From NCBI GenBank assembly GCA_907165135.1, contig OU015568.1:7936001-8000000 (forward strand): a stretch of 64,000 bases of DNA. The letters run 5' to 3'. This document shows, in pieces, positions 54,400 to 64,000 of this stretch; the first letter of the stretch is position 1; each line of letters begins with the position of its first letter. The translations under genes and the position numbers were made by a program. The notes below the pieces were generated by a model. The model searched no databases. It was not told the origin of the DNA and saw nothing but the letters and a program-made list of their open reading frames with translations. The stretch is from Oikopleura dioica (taxonomy: Eukaryota; Animalia; Chordata).

Positions 54400-54763
54400 G
54401 GAAAACATCAACGCACGGTCGATGTTTCAAAGATCTACCGGAGGGAAAGCTCTCTGTGAGACTCGTGGGGAGACACTTGATGAGATGTGCTGTCAGGGAG
54501 TAGAGCTCAAATGCTTTGGATGCAACAACAAGTTACTGAATAAGTTTGGCATCCCATGCGAAGAGCAACCGACATCGATTGAAAGTCCAAATGATGAATT
54601 GAAAAGAGACTGTTTTTGTGACTCCTCTTGTTTGCTGTTCGACGACTGCTGCAAGGATTTCAAGAGACTTTGTGGAAAAATACCACGTGAGTTTAAAATA
54701 TTATATATGTTTTCATATAAATCAGAACAGAATAAAAGTAACCCTCTCTTCGTACCTCAGTAA
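54400..54763 (+). CDS. Small somatomedin-B-like Cys-rich protein; 5' exons unresolved
   Basis: CFCDSSCLLFDDCCKDFKRLC is the SMB C-x-C-x3-C-x4-DCC-x-D pattern, preceded by further Cys (CETRG, MCCQG, CFGC). Confidence 0.6.
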
Positions 54764-55127
54764 GGTTCCACCAAGAAGGCGTAACTAAAGTGAAATTTTA
54801 TCATGTCTTATTGGTAGTGTGAGATCTTTAAGCAGGTATAAGAGAAGGAACGACTTTGTATATCCGGGCGCTTGCAAGTGAGATCACATGATGCTGAAAA
54901 TTACCTGTTTTTTCTGTTATATTCTCTGGCTGCAAAAAGAATAAATAAAACCCCAGGAAATTTTTAATATTAGACTAACGTAGAGAGCTATTACAACGTG
55001 AAATAAACTCTGACACTTGTGGTGCTTCAAGGTCTTTATTTTTCTATCAATTGAAGAACTTTCAGAATAAAGGCAAATATGTACAAATAAATATTTTGTT
55101 GGAATAGTAATTTTTGAAAGCGTGAGC

Positions 55128-55976
55128 TTAGCACCATCCAGATGCCATGATTTCTTCCATCGTGATTCGAGACATAGGATCAGGGCAGAAGATGCGGTCA
55201 ATCAGAGCGACTGTGAAGGGAGAAAGGCTGCGTTCGGCGAGGAAGTTTCGCTGCATCTGGCCACGACCATCAGTCTCCCAGTTTCCGGTAAGAAGAATGT
55301 AGATGACAGCTCCGATGCTCCAGACAGTGAGTGGCTCGGCGCTGAGAAGTCGGTTCTGGAAGAATTCGATGGGCCAGTAGTTGGGAGTTCCACGGGCAGT
55401 TGTGTAGCAGGCTCCGTCGCGGCTAGCACATCCGAAGTCGATCAGTCGGATCTCAAGGGTCTCGGGGTTGATGAGGATGTTCTCGTCTTTGATGTCGCGG
55501 TGGCAGATGCCGGCGCGGGCGAGTTCCATGCAGCAGGTGATCAACTGGCCGGCAATGATGCGAACCGCTTCCTCATTGATTGCCCCGTTCTTGTTGGCGA
55601 ATTCGAAGAGGTCGACGTAGCCATCGAGGCGCTCCATGACAAGGACGAAAGAAGATCGCCGCTCGTACCAGTCAAGAGGAGCGACGACGAAGTTGGATGC
55701 TTGGGCTGCCTTGAAATGGTAGTAGATCTCGCTCGGGACGGGTCGGTTTTGAACTTGTTTGAACTCGGAGATCTTGTTTCGTGGAATCTGCTTGATGACG
55801 ACTCGCTGCTCGGTCTTGTGGTGAAAGCCTGTGTAGATGACGCCGTTGGCAGATTTCATCATTTCTTCCTCGACCTCGTACGTCTTGGCGAATCTTCGCT
55901 GGTCTTTGGAGATTTGTTCTTGAGGAGAGACGATGTTCTCATCGGAGGAGTAGCCGGACTCGCTGTTTCGAGACAT
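55128..55976 (-). CDS. Intronless PIM-family kinase, copy 2 (282 aa)
   Basis: Intact ORF with 5 amino-acid differences from copy 1. Confidence 0.92.
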   Translation of the reverse strand: MSRNSESGYSSDENIVSPQEQISKDQRRFAKTYEVEEEMMKSANGVIYTGFHHKTEQRVVIKQIPRNKISEFKQVQNRPVPSEIYYHFKAAQASNFVVAPLDWYERRSSFVLVMERLDGYVDLFEFANKNGAINEEAVRIIAGQLITCCMELARAGICHRDIKDENILINPETLEIRLIDFGCASRDGACYTTARGTPNYWPIEFFQNRLLSAEPLTVWSIGAVIYILLTGNWETDGRGQMQRNFLAERSLSPFTVALIDRIFCPDPMSRITMEEIMASGWC

Positions 55977-57423
55977 TTTTCTTTTTGAATCTCTGACTGT
56001 TTTCTAGCTCTCAGTGCTTTTGCTCGAGTTCTTGTTGTTTGAAACTGTATTGTTTATGATTTGATGGTTGCCTCTCCTTCCAAGAGCGATTTTATAGGTT
56101 CCGAAATTGCGCCGCGGCGCTCTTGCCAGCCGTTTCCCGCGCTTGGGCTCAGCGTGACATCGTCGAATTTCTGAGAAGATAAAGATCAACAGTAGATTCT
56201 TCGTACCCCCGAAGCAGATGTAGCTTCGATAACGATACGTACAATAGATAAGCTGTTCCTGTTCAAATATGAACAGATAGAAGGTAGCTAAGAAATTGGG
56301 TCAGATTTTGAAAGATATTTTGGAGATGGAGAAGTTACATTTTTATTGGAGGAAATTCGTGAAGTATTGCCTTGAAAATCCGTATCCTTACACGAAAATC
56401 GGCCTGTTGTCTACAGTCACTTACCATTGCTTTCAACTCCTTCGACGGTTCATAAAAAACCGCTTTGGAATTATTTTCTTGAGCTCTCTTAGATGCCTGA
56501 AATCAATAATCCGCCCCACACGAGTCTCGAGGTGTAAACCGCAAATCTCCAAAGGCTCGAAATTCCCGCTCAGCGGAATCCCAGTCACTGATCCGACAAT
56601 CCCTTCACCGATATTATAAACGGTTATTCTTTTTTTGCGCGCTTTATTTCCGTTGTCTGCCTCGAAAGAATCTAGTGCACGAGATTTCCTGCCTGGTCGT
56701 TTGTGTTTTCAAGGCCAGCCGAGAAAGTGGGTCAAGGTTCCTGGAGGGAGACTGTGTTCTAGGCGACTTTTGATATCATTAGTTATCTATCCAGTTCACG
56801 TTTTCATCTTCCAAACTTCGCCTCAATCATTCCGGCTTCGAACAAAACTTCTGTCGACAGCTTCCAAGAACTCTTGAAAATTGCTGCCCAAACCGGTTGG
56901 GGCAGCTCCCACAGAGCTTGCAAATTCAACTCAAATACGTTCCAAGATCGTAAATTTGTAACTCAAATCGCGAATCTAAATCTCCTTCAGAACCATAAAA
57001 TCATTCGCTTCGGTCAAAACTCAAATCTTTCCGGAATTTGGCGAATTATCGGATCAACCTCTGAACTCGCCGCATTTCTTTGAAACCGATAAAATCCAGC
57101 TGGAACAGAGAAAGCGCTAGAATTTCTCTGAATATCTACGATTCAAAGAAATGTATCTTTCAACAACTGATTCGATGGTTTCTCTCGGCAGGAGACCACA
57201 GGAAATTCAAATTCGGAAGCTGAAGATTACTGGTGCTGCGATATCAATCAGCAGCATTCAGGTGCATTTCTAACTGCATTCAAATGCAACACTCTTTTTC
57301 CTGGCCCTAGTTCCCAGAAAGTCTATTTTTACAAGACTTTCCAATTTTCCGGGCTTAGCGCTTTCCCCGAAAGCTGACCTTGAACACGAGCAGCTTGCGT
57401 AAACTGGCCCCGATTTCTCCGTA

Positions 57424-57584
57424 CAGTGGGTTGCGCAGGTAGTTGCCCCCTAAAGTGCGGGTGGAGGGGCAACCAATCCTGCAATCACTTTGAGCGAGTC
57501 TAGAAAGAAACAATAGAAAAAGCGCGGGCAAAGGGGCAACCAAAGCTGCAATCGCAAAGGGGCAACCAACTGCGCAACCCACTG
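57424..57584. mobile_element. Tc1/mariner-type MITE, 161 bp
   Basis: TIR CAGTGGGTTGCGCAG(GTA/TTG)GTTGCCCC, TA duplication, and an empty site (single TA) in the paralogous copy at 34297-34298. Confidence 0.95.
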
Positions 57585-58029
57585 TACACTCACGGCTGAC
57601 CTGTTTTCCGTAATTCCGAGGAAAAAGTTCTTGACCTTGTTTCCGTCAGAGTAGCTCTCCAAACATCGAACTGGGTCTGAAACTGTTCACGATGACAAAC
57701 GGGAAAATGATTTTATGAGATTTCAAACACTTGACTTTGCCTCATTTCGACACCCTAAATTTTGATCGAGATTTTTTGGCTCCAGTGGTGTTTTACCAAG
57801 AATATCTCCTGTTGCTTGCCTCCAGAATCTCAGGGGGATTTACGATCTCCTACCGAATACTACCCTAGAAAATATTGATCCGTCCAAAATTTTCCAAAAT
57901 CTCTGAAAAACAATCAGATAACAAATTTCCAGGAAACTCTTCAGTAATGACCACCATCAGGACACAACCTGCATACATGTACTCATATTATTTCAAATCA
58001 CCTTGCCTGCTTAAAATTTACGCATTGAT

Positions 58030-58799
58030 GGTTGTAGGCGGTCACGAGGAGACTTTTCTCCCAGTTCGTATTTTCGCGAACGAGGAGACTTTTCTCCCAG
58101 TTCGCCGAAATTCGAACGAGGAGACTTTTTTCTCCCACTGACCACGTTCTGAGAATTTTTGAACGAGGAGACTTTTTGCAAGTATTTTCTCTAGATGAAT
58201 TTCACTGCGTAGATTCTACGCCGTCGAAGATGAATGTTCGACTGATTGTCTACAAAAGATAATTGGAGAAAAAACTTATTCTTCAGAGGATAAGGAAGAA
58301 AATAGGTTGGACAGGAGAAAATTATAAAATCTAATTGCCCCCAACCACGGGGCTTCGCCCCTTAGGTCCTAAAATGCCGAGGTCTAGTCTAGGGTTACTT
58401 AGGGTTACCTTCAGTAACCCTAACTAACCCTAGCCTATCCCCCTCGGGTAAGTTTGTTCTGTCATTTCGCCCAGTGCCCCCTAACCCTAACCTCAAATAT
58501 AAGAAAATGCTCCCAACTGCAAATTATTCCTCAAAAGCCGGGATTTGGCGAGCCCAAAGAGTGCCTATGCGCTTCGCGCCTGTCTTTTAGAAAACCTCGT
58601 AGAAAATGTGTCATATTACCAATCAACATAACTACGGAAAATGTTTTCAAAAAAGTCTCCTCGTAACCGCGATTCAGTTGAGAAATGAACGGGGAGAAAA
58701 AAAGTCTCCTCGTTCGCATTCTGACGAACTAGGAGAAAAGTCTCCTTGTTCGCGAAAATACGAACTGGGAGAAAAGTCTCCTCGTGACCGCATATCACC
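58030..58799. mobile_element. Non-autonomous foldback DNA transposon, 770 bp, 8-bp TSD
   Basis: TSD gcattgat at 58022-58029 and 58800-58807; TIRs of >100 bp built from repeated cgaggagacttttctccc units. Confidence 0.9.
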
Positions 58800-59262
58800 G
58801 CATTGATTTCCTGGAAACAGATTCAAGCTCAAAACTGATGAGCTGACAGGGCCACGCTGCAGGTTTCCAATACCCAATTTCGCTAGTAAAGACCTTCGCC
58901 GATTCAAAAATTAAGGTCATTCCTGCCAAATTGCCAATAAAAAGAAGCTAAACCTTCGTTTCAAAGAAAGTTCCTACTGAGACACTGAACTAAAACTTGG
59001 CGCCGAAAATGTAGGACACTGTTCTTCTGATGCAGCTCAACATCTCCTTTTCGGTCGGTCACGTCATTTTCAAAAAAAAAAATGAAATCAAATATTATCA
59101 CGGCTAACTGGATAAATTATTGAGTCGAGCTCCGTGGAGAATGCGATTTGAAATAGTTAGAGTGTAGAAAGTTACTTCTGATGCGTGAGATTAGTTTTAT
59201 GGGTATGAAAATGTTACAAAGTTTATTGACAAGTAAAAATTGATATAAAAAATCACAAAGCC

Positions 59263-60227
59263 CTACATTGACGGCACATTATCTTTTATCCAGGAAAGTG
59301 CATGCGTGATAGATGCGTAAATTGTTGGTGCTCCTTCTTCTGCGCACCCTCTGCTTCGATTGACGACTCCAACAAGCGTTGCTTTTCCATCAACATCGCA
59401 GATCAGGGGACCTCCGGAGTCTCCCTTAATTAACATCAACTATTGTTCATAAAATATTAACTCACGTGACAAGCGCCAGTATTAGCATCAGTGAGTCCAT
59501 TGCCGTCAAAGTCAGGTAAGCCGGCGCAAATGTCATCTTCATGAAGCGTTTCATAAACTGAGTTGTTTCGGCAATATTCTTGGTCCAGCAGATATATGCC
59601 CGCCGACTTTAGTGTCTTGGATGGCTTGTTTTTTGAGGTTTTCCCAAAACCAGCTATCCAACATTCAGTTCCGTGGGCGGGTACTTCCGATGGTAGACAA
59701 GGAGCAGATACGATTTTATCCACGTCAGCAGATTCAATGGAATCGGTAAACTTGATCAAGCACCAGTCGTTGTTTTCTCCAGTATGATTTGGGTGAGCAA
59801 TGAAATCCGTCGATGTGAGTTTGAATTCAGAGACTATGAAATATAATTAAAGCTGTCAAGAATATTATACTATTATCCGCGTTATCTTACCGTCAACTTT
59901 GCCCGTCAAATACGTCGACTTTGAATCGCCGAAGAAAGCATCAACCTCGCTGAACTCGTCTCTGCAGCAATGAGCTGCTGTAATGACTGTATTCTTTTCC
60001 AGTACACTTCCTCCGCACAATGTCGAATACGAACCTCCTTTGACCCTTTTGAAACCAAGGCTAACAAACCAGGGCCAGTCCGAAGACTTCGCATTTGCTC
60101 CCCCAATGATTTTACCCGTTGAAAATCCCGCTTGAGCATTACAAGATTCCAAAGGTGGAATTTGATGTGACGTCGCAACGAAGGGCCCGAGTGTTGTGAC
60201 AGGCGTGTCACAGTTTATTTCAGGAAT
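59263..60227 (-). CDS. S1 family serine protease, catalytic exons; upstream exon(s) not found
   Basis: K|IIGG activation site, LCGGSVL..TVITAAHCC, NNDWCLIK and GACH|GDSGGPL, so the His/Asp/Ser triad is intact. First visible exon starts at an AG acceptor and has no Met. Confidence 0.92.
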
Positions 60228-60999
60228 CTAGGACAAAGGGATTAGCAGCCCGCTAGAAATAGAACGCGGCAGGAGAGCCTAGTAACCAATGGCAGGGACT
60301 CCCAGGACGCAGCAAAAGGTGACAAAGGCGCCCGAGAGCACCTGGTTTCGAGCGGGTGCACCGGAATCACGCAGGTTCACTCTAAAGGTTCTTAGCCTGC
60401 AGCTAAAACCTAAATCGAGAAATTTAAAATAGAGGCTTTTTCTCAGCAGAAGCATTACCAATAAGACTCCTAGCTGAATCAAAAGACTCTAGGTAGACCA
60501 TCAATCGATGCTACCGCTTATTTCACCAGTCCCAGGACTATAAACCTCTTCAGCCTCACGCAGTGCGTCTAAGGCTCAAGCTTCCTCCATTAGCGGCCAC
60601 ACCGGTGCGCCAAGCCGAGCCAATCAGCTCTCAGGCTACTCTGAAGGAATCAAAAAAAAAAAGAGAAAGAAAAAGAGAATCTTTCCTTAAAGAAGTTCGG
60701 AATTCTTCTTCCCCAGTTCAGCGGGACTCACTATTTACTCCTCTTCTTCAGACATGATCGAAGAAGCCTTCGTTAAGGCAGCGGAGGAATTCGGCCCCAA
60801 ATGGGGAGTGGCTTTGGACTCAGATCCTACACGCCCAATTGAAAACTCTCAAAGAAGAATCCAAACCCTCGACGAGGATATTTCCAGGAAAGGATCTCAA
60901 AAGATAAACCTCAGAATCCCTCGGCTAGCCCAGAAGGAAGAATCTTTTCCCCATTCTTAGAATTTTTTTTGATCCTCTCAAAGAAACACCCTTCTGCTC

Positions 61000-63962
61000 A
61001 TGAGCCAGATAAACTGGAAAAGACTCTCCCGTACGGCAATGGCGACTCCGAAAATAGCACCTAGGCTCTTAAGACTCTACGTCCCTGCGGATGCGAACGA
61101 GCCTCTATCCAATCACAGATTGGTTTTCGATCGCCAAACTCCTTCAAAGGCGAGATTCAACTTCTCAGAACTCTCCTCTTGGGCCCAAATCATATTTACG
61201 GCACCATCAGGGAAAGAGTCACTCTGGATAGCCCACCAAAGCAACGAACCCGCCTTCATCCTCTCCATTATAATGGAAGAAATTGCAGAAGCGGAGAATG
61301 ACCGCCCAGACTCTTGGCTACTGGAATCCAAGCCATACCCGTTCAAGCCATCGGAGAGTCCCACAAAGTTGTTGAAGCAAGAATCGTTGGGAACAAACGA
61401 CGCTCCTAGCGTCAAACTGGACGACCACGAAACCATCTTCAGCCTTTTAGAAGCGCTAAAGATAGGAAGCACTAAAGGCCCGCTCAGAATCGTGGCCCGA
61501 AATTCAGACTCCCACCCGGCTCCGAACCTTCAAAAATCAGAAGAAAAGGGCAGACTCTTTCCGTTCAGTATCCTGGAAGAACTAAAGAACTGGGAAAAAA
61601 TCAACGGCCAAGACTGGTTTTGCGAATGGGAAGGCTCCGAGAATCAAGACATTCTAGATGAAGGTTTCTGGCATCACGTCTGCCTCCGAGTGATCAGGGA
61701 AAGTAAAGTCAGGACTCAAGCGAACTACGAAAGACCAAGCTTCACAGACGAAAACTGGCTCCGAAGACTCATAAAAAAGGGCCTCGAAACGATCTTCGAC
61801 TCGATGCCAAGACCAGACGCTTTCATGAAGCCGCAGGAGCTCCTGGACTCACTCAAAATGCTGAAATCGATTCACAGTGACTGGCACGAAATTTGCCACC
61901 AGAGAAACGCCTGGCTGGAGCTCAAAGAAGACAGAGACACCCAGTGGGCAAGGAAGGGACCAACAAATGCAAATGCATGGATCATCGATGTGATCGGTGA
62001 ATATGCCTCAGTAGACTCTGCGACGCCGAACCCGACGCCGCTGACTAAGATTCTTACGCCATTGCTGCTTCATTTGGTGCACAAGCAACTCGCCCAAGAC
62101 TCCGTCATCGGACAAGACGGAAGCTGCAAAGAAATGCCCACACAGTGGCACACGGACTGGAAAGAACTGAAAGACTCCAATTCGCTGAAAAAGTGGCTAG
62201 AATTAGCAGCAAAGAAGGTTAATCCAATTAACACGACGGTCAGAATCAAAGAAGTCGGCAAAGGAAACTCCAACTGGATTCTCTGGATCCCCTACAAAGT
62301 GGTCCCCCAATTATGGGTCATTAATTACGGCGAGGACTCTGAGCATCTCAGAGAAAGATCCCTACTCTCAGTGGCAGCCCACCCAGCACTGGTACCACTA
62401 GAATCTGAAGCGCTTGAGAAGCTGGCCTCGGAGCCGTGGACGACTCAAAACGTCAAGAAATGCATCGCGGCGTTCCAGAAACCAACCAGAAATTATTACG
62501 CCTCCGGAGCCTGCATAGTCGGAATCAACCGACCCTTCCGAACTCAGAAAATCATCCTCGAAATCATCGCCAAAGTCGTCAAAGACTCCAAAGCCCACTC
62601 CCATTTACGATCAGTCGAACACAATTTGGGAATCTTAACAACCGGCTGGAATTGGGCAAACGGGAAAAGATTCAGCCCGGACAAAACCCTCGACAGCTTC
62701 ATCAGCACTTGGATGCGAAAAAGAGAAGAAGTCACAGGAGTCACGAGACTCAGATTCCTCCATTCACGCCCCGAGAAGCGCGAAAGATCTTGCGAATGGC
62801 CAATGTGCGGAGAAGCCGAGGCAGATTCAACTTGGTGCAAAACACACCAAGGATTCCGAGAACTGAAAGAAGCCCGACAGCAAAACTGCTCACCAAATTG
62901 CCAAGAAAGAAACGGCTTTGGCCTAATCAAGCCCACCCAAGAACACACCAGAATGGCTATCGACAGCGAAGAATGGCAGCAAACCTTTCTGAAGCTCTCA
63001 GAAACATTCAAGACAACAACGCTGAAAGACGCCGACGAAGAACTCATCGGGAGAATCCAAAACACAGCGGTGGAAGGTTTTGACTCGATTCTTGAGGCCT
63101 GAAATCTACGGCAGTCCTTTTCCAGGGAGAAAACGACACAACGTCGAACATTGCCAAAGGACTCAAAAAACTCGGCGGAGTCATAGAAAGACCAAGATTC
63201 GAAAGACCAGAAGCAGCAGGAATTGTCATCTATCACGCGGGTCTGGAAAGATGCGGAGGCAAATTCGATGCTTTCGTAGTTGGAAACACCACGGCCCCGA
63301 AGAATCTACACCTCCAAGAACTCGCTAAATCCATCGCAAGCGAATCTGGAGACAGCTGGTCGGAAGTGGCGAGACTCATCAAGGAACAGACATTCCAAAA
63401 GGACACTGTTCTGGTCCTCCCAGCCCAAGAAGATGCCAAAGCCCTAGAAAGAGCCCTCAGCACTTGGTCCGCCCCGTACGTCAAATTCGTCACCCAAGGC
63501 CTGATGAAGGATTTTCACCAAAAGCTTCGAGGAGACAAAAACCCAAGATTTTCGGGCCTTTGGGAAGTTTTTCAAATCGCTTGCGATTGCGGCTATGAAT
63601 CCAGATTCACCCCATGCTGGGCACACCCTAGGGTGGCGGAAATGATGGCCAGATGCTGCAACGGCCTCGACTCTAGAAATCGAGCTGTCTCAAAAATAGA
63701 CAAGCTCAGACTCAGGGCTAACAGAACAACCTGGGAAAACGTCACAGACAAGTCCCACGATTTGTCCCAGAATGCTCCATTCACGACTCACTTCAGAGAC
63801 ATCCTCTTAGACGGAATCAAAGCGGCGGAGAATCTAAACATGGACGAGGGAGCAACTGCCGGAGCCGAGAATCTCTTCCCAAACACTTGGACTCAGAACC
63901 TCCAGACCATCGAGGAAAGATTCGCACGAATGAATATGACCAAAACCCGAGAGAATAACTAG
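61000..63962 (+). mobile_element. Unclassified element ORF: 699 codons plus 288 codons joined by a single -1 shift at 63096 (~987 aa); element probably begins ~60240 and continues past the window
   Basis: Intronless, A/C-rich sense strand, Trp/Cys-rich protein with a C-x4-C-x9-C-x2-H motif, lying antisense upstream of the protease acceptor. No RT, integrase or transposase motif recognised. Confidence 0.55.
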
Positions 63963-64000
63963 GAGAAATAGAAATCTGAATCCGCTTCTAGACTCTATTA

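Larger units (their letters stand above)
55040..58010 (-). repeat. Copy 2 of the inverted segmental duplication
   Basis: Reverse-complement match to 33882-36690, with one extra MITE. Confidence 0.95.

Noticed and set aside
58047-58790. CRISPR-like array (repeated gaggagacttttctccc with short spacers)
   Set aside because: Repeats are ~17 bp, mirrored in inverted orientation at the other end and enclosed by a TSD. These are transposon subterminal repeats in a eukaryotic locus with no cas genes.
62436-63083. 215-aa Arg/Gln-rich overlapping ORF, and the 230-aa antisense ORF 62544-63236
   Set aside because: The composition is what an off-frame read of a T-poor, A/C-rich strand gives. It ends in two stops before the downstream open frame, so it does not join it.
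63076-63102. Programmed -1 ribosomal frameshift joining the two parts of the large ORF
   Set aside because: No X-XXY-YYZ heptamer at the required position, and slipping at the nearby GGTTTT lands on TGA. A 1-nt deletion or sequencing error is simpler.

Overview
Very compact, AT-rich animal genomic DNA with many ~35-50 nt introns and tightly packed co-oriented genes that have polypyrimidine-AG acceptors just before their ATGs. This best fits the larvacean tunicate Oikopleura (inference). Contents from left to right: (1) a minus-strand MOCS2B-MRPL54-COQ4 cluster divergent from RPRD2-ERP44-BOLA1, with a small antisense gene nested in an ERP44 intron; (2) a plexin; (3) a gene-sparse 15-31 kb zone holding an orphan multi-TM gene; (4) a kinase-less activin/BMP type II receptor-like gene; (5) a ~3 kb inverted duplication carrying an intronless PIM-like kinase, whose two copies (33.9-36.7 kb and 55.0-58.0 kb) bracket TIMM10B and an 8-gene operon-like run (ABHD11, NUP107, WDR35, TNFAIP8, POLR2D, CCDC61, MCM3, CNOT11); (6) several MITE/foldback elements with readable TIRs and TSDs; (7) an S1 serine protease whose upstream intron or 5' region holds an unclassified element with a ~987-codon frameshifted ORF and about 30 sense-strand GACTC motifs. 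Exon boundaries were read by eye and no database search was possible.
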